64,000 bases of DNA from a virus: IMG/VR virus record IMGVR_UViG_3300025084_000006; one strand, written 5' to 3'. The stretch's first letter is position 1, and each line of letters starts with the position of its first letter. This document shows, one piece after another, positions 45,992 through 55,283 of this stretch. The notes beneath the pieces were generated by a model, which saw only the letters and a list, made by a program, of their open reading frames with translations, did no database searches and had not been told where the DNA came from. The position numbers and the translations under genes were made by a program.

Positions 45992-46511
45992 TTAACTTCC
46001 AGGCGATAGTGACTCTCAATGAATTGAATACCCTAGAGACTTCTTCGGCATGATGTTTTCTCATACCAGGGAAGAATATTCCTCTATTAGGTGCTGGTTC
46101 AACGTATGACCATGTGTTGTCTTCGTTTAGAAAAGCAGTTTTGCCTCCCCAGAGATGATCCCAATTACTATTTGCATAGAGTAGGAATGTTCTGCAGTCT
46201 TCATAATCTCCATCTGTATGAGGCATTGCCTTGTCACCATATACGTGTCCATTTGCATAAACACGTTCTAGTTCTAGATGAGGTTCGTCTACAGTTTCTC
46301 TAATGATATTTAGTAAATAATCTGAAAAGAACTCATCATCAGTCAATTCCATCTGCCAAAAGGGCAATCCAGATGATCCTCTTAAAGAACCATGACCATA
46401 CGCCCATTTTGGTTGAGTTACCTTCTCTAGTACTTCTGCAAAATCAAGATTGGTTAACGTTTGGTCGTAGATCTCCATATTCTCTAATAAAGTTAGCTCT
46501 AATTTGTTCAA
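45963..46511 (-). CDS. 2OG-Fe(II) oxygenase
   Basis: RVYANGH, PHTD, WGGKT, FPG...HH, RVTIAWK. Confidence 0.85.
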   Translation of the reverse strand: MNKLELTLLENMEIYDQTLTNLDFAEVLEKVTQPKWAYGHGSLRGSSGLPFWQMELTDDEFFSDYLLNIIRETVDEPHLELERVYANGHVYGDKAMPHTDGDYEDCRTFLLYANSNWDHLWGGKTAFLNEDNTWSYVEPAPNRGIFFPGMRKHHAEEVSRVFNSLRVTIAWKLNGATRKLYY

Positions 46512-47139
46512 ATGGCAAGAATGTGTCTACTGGTGCATCAGGACATGCCTTCATTGCTGCTAAAGTTGCTGTAGATTGTGCGATTAATTGATAACGCAAG
46601 AAAGTTTCATCAATAATACTAGTTGCCCACAAAATAACAACACGACGTTTGCCACTTGTAACAGGATTAACATGATGTATCAACCCAGTTGGGTATACTA
46701 ATGCATTACCTGCTTTTGGTTTAAAGGGTACAGATTGATCTCCTACTGATAGCATAAGTTCCCCGCCTTCATATTCGTCAGGTTCGGTAAGAAATATGCT
46801 AATACTATGATGTGTCTTGATACCAGAAATAGTGACATCATCAATATGCTTATTGTAAAACCCACCAGTTCTATACTCTGCAAAAATAGGAACAGTGAGT
46901 TCTTTGAAGATATACACTGATGTGAATTCTTCATTATTTCTCATTGCTGTTTGAACAACATCCAAACACTTTCTGAACTGAGGGGAAGTTTGTTGTATGA
47001 TGTGGTTGTCCTTTACATCAGGATTAACCTGATGTTTGCCATCTCTCTTTACTAATCCTGGTTTGGTTGGTGCATCATCAAAATAACTATTGATTCTTGA
47101 TAGTTCTTTACTATCAAGAAGTTCACTTTCATAAATCAT
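46444..47139 (-). CDS. PKHD/PiuC(YbiX)-like 2OG-Fe(II) hydroxylase
   Basis: Y..G.FY.KHIDD, SIFL..PDEYEGGEL, KAG.ALVYP...HHVNPVTSG.R. Confidence 0.88.
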   Translation of the reverse strand: MIYESELLDSKELSRINSYFDDAPTKPGLVKRDGKHQVNPDVKDNHIIQQTSPQFRKCLDVVQTAMRNNEEFTSVYIFKELTVPIFAEYRTGGFYNKHIDDVTISGIKTHHSISIFLTEPDEYEGGELMLSVGDQSVPFKPKAGNALVYPTGLIHHVNPVTSGKRRVVILWATSIIDETFLRYQLIAQSTATLAAMKACPDAPVDTFLPFEQIRANFIREYGDLRPNVNQS

Positions 47140-47140
47140 A

Positions 47141-48085
47141 TCAATCCTCTTCTTCCTCTTCTTTGAATAGTTCGTAGTCGAAATCAGGATAGATTTCTGT
47201 TACCTTCATTTCTTTAATAATATCAAGAATTTCTTTCTTGATAAGTTTTGTTGATGTAACTCTAGATCTAGCATAGATCAGTTGACTTAGCATTCTGCTG
47301 TCAAGGAAATCGGATGATGCATCATCATCGTAATTTGTCCACTGAGAAGCATCATCAGCATCCATGAATGCAGGTGCATCAGTTACACCATCTTCCAATT
47401 TACCATCTGGATATAGTTTGAGATAGTTCTTAGGATCAATAGGGAACACCTGTTGATACAATGATTTAGCAAAATCTAATGGTGATGGGAAATCTTTTGG
47501 ATTGGGGATACCAATAGATCTAATTTTTGCTCTCCAGTCCATCCAACGTTGCTTTTCACCCTCATAACTATCCTCAACGTCAGGCAATACATGCCAATCA
47601 GACGCACTAAGCATCATTCTTTTTTCTCTAAGTCTCTTCAACCATTTTGCATCAAAGAATGAATATTCTTTTTCAACACCATCAAGTTTCTTTAATGTAG
47701 CAGCAGTTTTAACACCAGCAGCAGCAATAAACAATGCCAAAGCAGTATTGTAAACTGCTTTTGCTTGTTCTACTGTGCCACCTTTAAACTGATATTCATT
47801 CCAATAACTAGATTCAGAAGCAAAATCATACTTCTGTCTGTTTCTCTGTGCATAAAAGGTATCATCACTATTGTAAGCAAAGAATAGCAATAGATCTTCA
47901 TCAGTATGCCAAAAAGAATCAATTTGTTCGTAGAACTTTGCCTTCAATTCGTCACTGAATTTAGTGCGAGTCATCGCAGCATCTACATTGATATCTACTT
48001 GATCAATCGGTGCAGTTAGAATGGTATTATTAACCAAATCTACTTGAAGGATTGGTCTTTTGATTTTTGGTGTTGTTGAGGTCAT
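47141..48085 (-). CDS. Tail-fibre assembly chaperone-like (Tfa-type) protein
   Basis: R..R..MLSASDW.VLPD.....W..WR.KIR.I.......FP.DP. Confidence 0.65.
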   Translation of the reverse strand: MTSTTPKIKRPILQVDLVNNTILTAPIDQVDINVDAAMTRTKFSDELKAKFYEQIDSFWHTDEDLLLFFAYNSDDTFYAQRNRQKYDFASESSYWNEYQFKGGTVEQAKAVYNTALALFIAAAGVKTAATLKKLDGVEKEYSFFDAKWLKRLREKRMMLSASDWHVLPDVEDSYEGEKQRWMDWRAKIRSIGIPNPKDFPSPLDFAKSLYQQVFPIDPKNYLKLYPDGKLEDGVTDAPAFMDADDASQWTNYDDDASSDFLDSRMLSQLIYARSRVTSTKLIKKEILDIIKEMKVTEIYPDFDYELFKEEEEED

Positions 48086-48801
48086 GCTAGGTGCGTTTTA
48101 ATATACCATCCTGTCAAAAGATATTTATCATCTTTAAGAAGGGTATTTCCTTTATGGACATGTGTCATGCCAGCAGGGAAGAATACAACTGTGCCTTTTG
48201 TTGGTCTAATTCTTCTACCTTGATACAAAAACTCAGTCTCACCACCTGCCTCTGGATCTACATCATTGAGATAAATCATCCACACAACTTCTCTTTGTGC
48301 ATGTGATGCAGCAGAGTTTTCATAATGCCATTGATGATATCCACCTTGAGGTAGTGTCTTCTGCATTTTAATATCACTTGAAAGCATAGGAACATTTTTT
48401 AATTGTCCGTACTCACTGATATAATGCTTGAGACAAGACTTCAGAAACTGATTAACTTGGTAACTTAGTCCATCATTGCAATAATTTGCTAGAAGTGAAA
48501 GATCTTTTCTATACAAATTACTACCATATTGGATGTGACCATCCATTTTAAATTCATCTACATATTCGGTATCAGTTTTTGATCCAAAATCTCTTTCTAG
48601 TTCCTCAAAATCAACACCTGAACTATTGCCATTCATCACATGCTCAAACCATGCAATACATTTATCACAAAATGGTTCAGGTACAAAATTGTCCCAAACT
48701 CCAATAAAGTCATCAAAGGATGCTTTTGTAATCTGCTCATTCATCATTAATTCTAAAGGTCTCCATTCTTGGACCTTCTTGGATAATGTATTAGATACCA
48801 T
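48082..48801 (-). CDS. 2OG-Fe(II) oxygenase (prolyl-hydroxylase-like)
   Basis: GGYHQWHYE, WMIYLND, GGETEF, P.KGTVVFFPA..THVH.G, KY..TGW. Confidence 0.9.
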   Translation of the reverse strand: MVSNTLSKKVQEWRPLELMMNEQITKASFDDFIGVWDNFVPEPFCDKCIAWFEHVMNGNSSGVDFEELERDFGSKTDTEYVDEFKMDGHIQYGSNLYRKDLSLLANYCNDGLSYQVNQFLKSCLKHYISEYGQLKNVPMLSSDIKMQKTLPQGGYHQWHYENSAASHAQREVVWMIYLNDVDPEAGGETEFLYQGRRIRPTKGTVVFFPAGMTHVHKGNTLLKDDKYLLTGWYIKTHLA

Positions 48802-48811
48802 TATTTAAAAC

Positions 48812-51800
48812 TCAGTATGCCTTTATTATATATTTGATTTTATGGAAGGGTGCTAGGATAGGAACCTTCCTTTGTGGATTCATTTTTGCTTGAGGAATTG
48901 GTTTGGTTGAGTTATTCCAACTAAACGTTGCTGGATTAAGTTCAATTTGAACGTCGCTTTGACTAAATTGTAAGTCAAATGTGGAATTAAACGTAGCAAG
49001 ACCAGATCTATATGCAACTGCATCGCCATTTACATTACCATAAGTATAATCATTTTGTGGATCTAATACAGGATCAGTACCCAACAAGTGTGCGTGAGTC
49101 AATGTTCCTGTGTAGATGGATAGATAGTTTTTAATTCTTGCTCTTCCTTCAGTTGTATCAATGACACCAGCATCTTGAGTGAATGCACCAATAGCAGCAA
49201 ATCTATCAGGTGAGAATGAACCACCCTTACCATCACTATTTGCTTCAGACTGCAGATCACCAGCAGGAGTTCCCCAATAGTTACCGAAAGCAACTGTTGT
49301 ACTACCAGATCCAGGCAATACATCTTCTAAAGAACCACGACCTGCTCTACTAAATTCTCTGTCTGCATCAGCATAGTTCCAGAAATTTGCATCTTCCCAG
49401 TAACCATCATCAACTGCGTCATCCTTACTATCATTTTGACCACTCCAACTTTGTGATCCCTCACTCGCAGTACGTAGATATGCGTAAATATTCCATGGAA
49501 TAACAGGATCACCATCAGGATCTTCTGGTTGACCAGTAATAAATTGGTGTTCATGTTGTGGTGGACGAACAGAAACACTAGTCACAGGACCAACATTAGC
49601 ATTAACATTACCTGTAACAGTAAAGTCAACTTCAGTAGTTACTAATTCTGTACCAAATGTTCTTGGTGTTCCTAATGTATAGAACGAAGATTCTGTTCCA
49701 CTAGTCTGTCCAGCTGGTGCAATAACCTGTTCTAAGGGATCAGGGGCAGCAGAAACATCTACATCATCAAAATACCACCAACCACCAGTAGAACCAGGAA
49801 GTTCTGCACTACCACCAGCAGAAGTAACAGGAACAGATGGAGATGATCCTTTATTAAAGTCTACTCTACCAGGTCCTACCATTCTAACATTACGATAGTC
49901 GGGTAAGTTGAAATTACCAGAGTATGTTTTTGATGCACTAATATAGGTTGCATTTCCGCCATAGGTGTTACCAATTGATTCCCATAACCAAGGATACTCT
50001 GCTGCTGCTACTGAAGTTCCATCACATTCAAGGAATCCAGGGAATCTAATGTCGATATCACCATAACCAAAGTTACCATCATCAGCAATAGTTTCTCTAG
50101 GTACAGGTAATACAGTACCAATAGCATAACCATCAAGCTTGGGTTGTCTATAAAAACTCTTGGCATTTGCAGGATCTGAATTAGATACTGCTTCCCATGC
50201 TTCTTCAGCAAAGAATGCATTCTTCTCGGAATACCAAACACCAAGATATGATGGAGGAACTGGTTTTACTGCATAGTTTACAGATCTAAGTGTAAATGGC
50301 GCTGCAGTTCCAAAACTAATATCTGCTACACCATAATGAGATAGTCCTACAACTGGATCTAAATTAGCATTACCTGGTTGTTGGTAAATAATCGTTACAA
50401 ATACTGGATTATTACCAGGATCAGGACTCAATGTACGAGGTCCAGGTGCTGGTGTGTCCCCATTAAGAGAGAACAATACGTTACCGATGTTTTCGCCTGT
50501 AGCAAAATTAAACTCATTATAGGCAACTAGACTGGATGCTGATATTGTAATCGGTAAGTTGAAATTTGTCAAGCCTATAGGTCCGATCACACTCGCTCCA
50601 CCAGGAGTCCTATTTAAAACTTGATTGATTGGAGTAAAAGATGGACTAGTATCAGGACCAGTCCAATTAGTAATAGACCATGTTGGGACAAATCTATCAC
50701 CAACATTAATACCCATTTTTGTTGATCCTTGACCAGGAAGCAAGGGATTACTAATATCATTACTACCATCAAGAACTAATTCAATAATATCACCATTTTG
50801 AACTTGAATGTTACTAATAATACCAGATGATCCACCATTAACACTAATTCTCGGATTTGCTGTAGATGTAGTGTCACCACTCCTCAAAGAAACAGGAACA
50901 AATATACCAGGAGTTAGACCAGCAATTAATGCTTTGCCACTAGATGCCGATCCAGATTGAACAGTTGATCTATAATTAACATTACCAGGAATCTGTTCGA
51001 CGAGATTTTGGAAGACAAAACTATCAGGATTTTCATCAAGACCAGCACCTGTCGTCACTATCCATCCAGAAATACCATTTCCATCACCAATAGTTACACT
51101 AAAATTCTTTGGCGAGAACTCACTTCCAGAACTAGTTCCTCTTAATTGAACATATTGACCATTCTGAACTGTTTTATTATTGCCCCATGTACCAATAATA
51201 TTAGATAAAACTTCAAAACCATCAGCATTTGTAAATGTTGTATTGAAATTAGAGACAGCAATTTCAGCACCATTATCAACAGTCATAAGTGCTTGAGTTG
51301 TCAACCCTAAAATCTGAGGTCTGTCGCTATAGACAAGAGCATTCAACTCTTGGTTATTTAAACTACCGAAATTAGGTGCAGGATTTGGAGTGTTGATAGG
51401 AATAGCACCTGTAGTGATTTCCCATTCAGCAGAACCAGTACCAACAACAACGTTAACATTTTTGGTATCAGATGGTGCCGAAGAAGCTCTTAGTCTAACT
51501 TGAATTCTGTCAAGGTTAGAAATAGTCTGGTTAATTGCTCTTGTCCATGGACCCCAAGCACCATATGAACTAGTTGCTGTGAGATATTGATTAACACGAT
51601 AAGCGTAGTCATTAGGATCTAATACGTTAGATGTGACTGATAATGGTGCTTCAGTTCCAGGATCTAAACCAGTAATAGTAATAACTTCTTCACCACTACG
51701 AAGAGGATCTGGTTCTCCAGGAGTTAATCCAGTATATGCAACGCCATCATCAGGAAACGCAGTTTGTGCATATGTATACATGACATCACTTTCTGCTTCA

Positions 51801-51994
51801 TCTATATTCTGTAGAAAGAATGGATCTGGAGCAAAATCTTCTAACTTGGTTTCAATAACCCAAGTAATAGTGAGCTCACCAATATCAATAGTTACATTAG
51901 TAACTTCCGAGTAACTAGGAGGTGCCTCATACCTAAACTGGATGGACTGACCTTCCTCAACATATAGTGGGGTAGCACTAAACTGATACGCCAT
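48812..51994 (-). CDS. Tail-fibre protein (1060 aa): N-terminal half-repeat, four beta-rich repeats, then tail-collar and HxH tip domains
   Basis: GYAIGTVLP..PGFLECDG..YPWL...IGNTYGG...FNLPDY; QHEH and THAH; C-terminus KYIIKAY. Confidence 0.85.
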   Translation of the reverse strand: MAYQFSATPLYVEEGQSIQFRYEAPPSYSEVTNVTIDIGELTITWVIETKLEDFAPDPFFLQNIDEAESDVMYTYAQTAFPDDGVAYTGLTPGEPDPLRSGEEVITITGLDPGTEAPLSVTSNVLDPNDYAYRVNQYLTATSSYGAWGPWTRAINQTISNLDRIQVRLRASSAPSDTKNVNVVVGTGSAEWEITTGAIPINTPNPAPNFGSLNNQELNALVYSDRPQILGLTTQALMTVDNGAEIAVSNFNTTFTNADGFEVLSNIIGTWGNNKTVQNGQYVQLRGTSSGSEFSPKNFSVTIGDGNGISGWIVTTGAGLDENPDSFVFQNLVEQIPGNVNYRSTVQSGSASSGKALIAGLTPGIFVPVSLRSGDTTSTANPRISVNGGSSGIISNIQVQNGDIIELVLDGSNDISNPLLPGQGSTKMGINVGDRFVPTWSITNWTGPDTSPSFTPINQVLNRTPGGASVIGPIGLTNFNLPITISASSLVAYNEFNFATGENIGNVLFSLNGDTPAPGPRTLSPDPGNNPVFVTIIYQQPGNANLDPVVGLSHYGVADISFGTAAPFTLRSVNYAVKPVPPSYLGVWYSEKNAFFAEEAWEAVSNSDPANAKSFYRQPKLDGYAIGTVLPVPRETIADDGNFGYGDIDIRFPGFLECDGTSVAAAEYPWLWESIGNTYGGNATYISASKTYSGNFNLPDYRNVRMVGPGRVDFNKGSSPSVPVTSAGGSAELPGSTGGWWYFDDVDVSAAPDPLEQVIAPAGQTSGTESSFYTLGTPRTFGTELVTTEVDFTVTGNVNANVGPVTSVSVRPPQHEHQFITGQPEDPDGDPVIPWNIYAYLRTASEGSQSWSGQNDSKDDAVDDGYWEDANFWNYADADREFSRAGRGSLEDVLPGSGSTTVAFGNYWGTPAGDLQSEANSDGKGGSFSPDRFAAIGAFTQDAGVIDTTEGRARIKNYLSIYTGTLTHAHLLGTDPVLDPQNDYTYGNVNGDAVAYRSGLATFNSTFDLQFSQSDVQIELNPATFSWNNSTKPIPQAKMNPQRKVPILAPFHKIKYIIKAY

Positions 51995-52020
51995 GCGAAC
52001 TTATACTTTATCCCGTATTG

Positions 52021-52027
52021 TATTTAG
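52021..52027 (-). promoter_or_regulatory. Late promoter (CTAAATA) overlapping the upstream stop codon
   Basis: tatttag about 27 nt upstream of ATG 51994. Confidence 0.55.
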
Positions 52028-53526
52028 GGTGATTGTCTGACATCATTCCAATTTGCTTCAATTAGAGGATCAGCATCGTCAAATTTAACTTTAATTGGTT
52101 TGTTCGATCTAATTTCTACAGCAACATCAATATCATCAACAATAATAGGGTCACTCAGTACTGACTCTTGATCAGGTGCCAATACATTATCTGTTGGAAC
52201 TTGATTTAGACTAGGGTCAATAGTAATAGAGTCAGGTAGTTCATCAATACTGACATCTATAGAGTTCGATACGTTGGTAGTACCACCGCCACCAGAAGCA
52301 GCTAAAGAAATTTCTATACCAAATACACCTTGTACTGTCCAAGGAATACTTAAATTAACGGTACCTGTAATGGCACTACCACTTTGATCAGATGTTGTTC
52401 CAGGTAAACTAATATTTTGTGAAACAGTAATAAAACTACCAGTAGTAGGATTTCTAACACTATAAACTGCTGTACCATTGACTCCACCTGTTGCATACCT
52501 ATATGTCACTACAAACCCTACGCTTGCTCCATAATCTATATTAGTTGGAACATTATAACTAATTTCTGGTAGTTGATTTACTACGATAGTCACAGAATCA
52601 CTATCACTACCACCAGGTCCGCTGGCAGATAAAGTATATGTGGTTGTACTAGATGGAGATACAGATTTATTGCTACTAAACAATACAGCACCAATACCTT
52701 GATTAATAGTAGCAGGAGTATTAGCAGAACCTGATACTACCCAAGTTAGAGTTGTTGATTGTCCAACAATAATAGGGTTTGAAGATACACCTGTAAATTG
52801 AGCAACTACTGGTTGATATACAGTTATAGTTACATCAGTAGTTCTGCTGGTGATACCATAATAACTCGAAACTAACGTATAAGTTGTACTATTAGTAGGA
52901 GATTTTGTTAAAGACCCACTAGACGCAACACTACCAGAACCTGTCAAAGTTTGTGATGTAGAACCACTGACAGACCATGCTAGAGTAGCATTCGCACCCG
53001 CAATTATAACATTAGGAGTTATAGTAAGAGTATTAGATGGTGTGGGATATACACAAGTTCCATTATTAACATCTGCGTTTGGATTATAGTTTGAAGCACG
53101 GGAATCTGTACATCCATAAACAAGTGGTGGTGGAAGAAATCCTTGCCACTTAATTGCGATGCCCCAAGGTCCACCACCACTATTATTAGCATTAGCACTA
53201 AGAGTATATGTGCCTGGTCCATAATAATTTGTGGTAGTGACTAAACTTCCAATGTCTGGACTAGAATTTGGATTTCCAAATCCACCCATTCCCATTTCAT
53301 AGTTGCCATTAATATAAATCCCTCCATTATCATCACAATTAGCATAGAATCGTTGTCTACCATAATTATTAAAAGTGATAGTCCATGAATATGTCCTATT
53401 AGGACCAGGAGTACCACTGGCATCCCTACCCCCAACATTCCATTTGTTCATGAACTGAGACCAATTCGGCTCATAAAATTTAGGACCGCCGTTGGATCTA
53501 CTACTAAAATTAAAATCTTGTGTCAT
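52024..53526 (-). CDS. Adhesin-like paralogue 3 (PA14/jelly-roll-like N-domain, GCTD..A.NYNP.A motif, Ig-like repeats, shared C-domain)
   Basis: FYANCDDNGGIYING; YGCTDSRASNYNPNA..NGTC; C-terminus DELPD...NW.DVR. Confidence 0.8.
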   Translation of the reverse strand: MTQDFNFSSRSNGGPKFYEPNWSQFMNKWNVGGRDASGTPGPNRTYSWTITFNNYGRQRFYANCDDNGGIYINGNYEMGMGGFGNPNSSPDIGSLVTTTNYYGPGTYTLSANANNSGGGPWGIAIKWQGFLPPPLVYGCTDSRASNYNPNADVNNGTCVYPTPSNTLTITPNVIIAGANATLAWSVSGSTSQTLTGSGSVASSGSLTKSPTNSTTYTLVSSYYGITSRTTDVTITVYQPVVAQFTGVSSNPIIVGQSTTLTWVVSGSANTPATINQGIGAVLFSSNKSVSPSSTTTYTLSASGPGGSDSDSVTIVVNQLPEISYNVPTNIDYGASVGFVVTYRYATGGVNGTAVYSVRNPTTGSFITVSQNISLPGTTSDQSGSAITGTVNLSIPWTVQGVFGIEISLAASGGGGTTNVSNSIDVSIDELPDSITIDPSLNQVPTDNVLAPDQESVLSDPIIVDDIDVAVEIRSNKPIKVKFDDADPLIEANWNDVRQSP

Positions 53527-55283
53527 TAGTTAGGACGCACGTCGTACCAATTGGAGTTTATTAATGGATCATCGTCATCAAACCTAACTTGTATTGGTTT
53601 GTTTGATTTAATTTCAACAGCAACATCAATATCACTTACAATAATAGGATCACTGAGAACAATATCAAAATCAGGTGCTTCTACATCATCTGATGGTATT
53701 TGTTCTAAACTATTTGGTAGAGTAATATTATCGGGTAATTCATCAACATTAACATTTATAGTTTCTAATTGATTTGTAACTCCTCCCGCACCATTGGAAG
53801 ACAAAGAAATATCTATAGCAAATACACCATGTAAACCATATGGAATATTAGCAACAACATTACCTGTTTTCTCTGCACCTGATTCATCCGAACTAGTTCC
53901 AGATAAAAATACATTTTGTACTTGAGTTTCGTTCAAACCAGTAGTGGAATTTCTCATAGTATATGTAATAGTTCCATTGACACCACCACTAGCGTATCTA
54001 TATGTTACTGGAAATTCTAAAGTATCTCCATAATCTATATTAGTTGGAACATTATAACTAATTTCTGGTAATTGATATACTGAAATTGTTACACTATCAC
54101 TATCAGTACCACCAAGACCACTAGCACTAATTGTGTACGTAGTGCTGGTTGATGGTGAAACTGAAGTATTTGATGTTAAAACAACAGCACCAATACCTTG
54201 ATTAATAGATGCTGTGGTGCCACCAGCACCAGAAACAACCCAATTCAATGTAGAATTTTGTCCAACAATTATTGAGTTAGGGGATGCAGAAATGGTAGCA
54301 ATTGTTGGTGGATAAACTGTAATGCTAGCATCTGCTGTATCATTACCTGCTAATCCAATTGCAGTCATTGTATAAGTTCTAGAACTACCAGGACTAATTG
54401 TAGTTGAACCAGAAACACCAACAGAACCAATACCTTGATTGATACTTCTTGATGTAGAGTCAGCAGTACTCCACGACAATGTGGCAGATTGTCCAGCAAT
54501 TATAGTATTAGGTGATATAGTAAATGAAGTGATCTCGGCAATTGTGACTGTGAATGATAGCGTCATGCTACCATTACCACTATTGGTTGACTGATTAACA
54601 AAACTAACTTTACTGCTGTTGTATCTGGAAGTTCCACCGCCTCCTCCACCGCCGCCATAGTTACAATCAACACCTTGACCGCCTCCACCGCCGCCTGAAG
54701 AACCGCCGCCTCCACCGCCTCCGCCTCCGCCGTCTCCACCACCAGGAGAACCGCCGCCGCCACCATTAGATAAACCAACACCACCAGATGAAAACCCACC
54801 ACCAGTGCCGCCAGTGCCACCAGGACGTTGAGCACCACCACATGAGTAGGATCCACCTCCACCACCGCCACCGCCTCCAGCGGTAACTACAATATTTCCA
54901 CCCAAATAAAATACAGATGCTGCTCCCCCACCTGCTCCACAACCAGACCATCCACTAGTTCCATCATCACCACCTTTGCCACCTTTGCCACTTCCACCAG
55001 CAATATTTCCGCCAGGACCACCAACAGCAGCACCAGATCCACCAGGACCATTACTACCTCTAGCACCCCATCTACCAAGAAAAGATCTATTGCTATTTGA
55101 TGTTGGAATATTAAAATTACCAGATCTACCATTACCTCCACCGCCACCAGGACCACCAGAGTCAAAACCTCCAGAACCTCCTGATCCTGCTGCAATACTT
55201 AAAGAAATATTTTGAGCACCACCAGGAATTGTTCCTGATTGACCCCCAAATGGTATGTTGTAACTAACAGGTGATGAACTCAT
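53526..55283 (-). CDS. Adhesin-like paralogue 2 (polyglycine N-domain, Ig-like repeats, shared C-domain)
   Basis: About 200 aa of glycine-rich blocks reminiscent of T-even gp38-type polyglycine sandwiches; C-terminus DELPD...NWYDVR. Confidence 0.8.
   Translation of the reverse strand: MSSSPVSYNIPFGGQSGTIPGGAQNISLSIAAGSGGSGGFDSGGPGGGGGNGRSGNFNIPTSNSNRSFLGRWGARGSNGPGGSGAAVGGPGGNIAGGSGKGGKGGDDGTSGWSGCGAGGGAASVFYLGGNIVVTAGGGGGGGGGSYSCGGAQRPGGTGGTGGGFSSGGVGLSNGGGGGSPGGGDGGGGGGGGGGSSGGGGGGQGVDCNYGGGGGGGGTSRYNSSKVSFVNQSTNSGNGSMTLSFTVTIAEITSFTISPNTIIAGQSATLSWSTADSTSRSINQGIGSVGVSGSTTISPGSSRTYTMTAIGLAGNDTADASITVYPPTIATISASPNSIIVGQNSTLNWVVSGAGGTTASINQGIGAVVLTSNTSVSPSTSTTYTISASGLGGTDSDSVTISVYQLPEISYNVPTNIDYGDTLEFPVTYRYASGGVNGTITYTMRNSTTGLNETQVQNVFLSGTSSDESGAEKTGNVVANIPYGLHGVFAIDISLSSNGAGGVTNQLETINVNVDELPDNITLPNSLEQIPSDDVEAPDFDIVLSDPIIVSDIDVAVEIKSNKPIQVRFDDDDPLINSNWYDVRPN

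Noticed and set aside
48802-48808. TTAAATA late promoter before the oxygenase gene
   Set aside because: It abuts the annotated ATG, so transcription would start inside the ORF; not supportable without TSS data
51994-52026. Stop-codon readthrough fusing adhesin 3 to the fibre
   Set aside because: The 29-nt gap is out of frame and carries a late-promoter motif; it also could not explain paralogues 1 and 2
54630-54890. GC-rich (CCG/CCA/CCT)n microsatellite or foreign insertion
   Set aside because: It is simply the antisense of polyglycine codons
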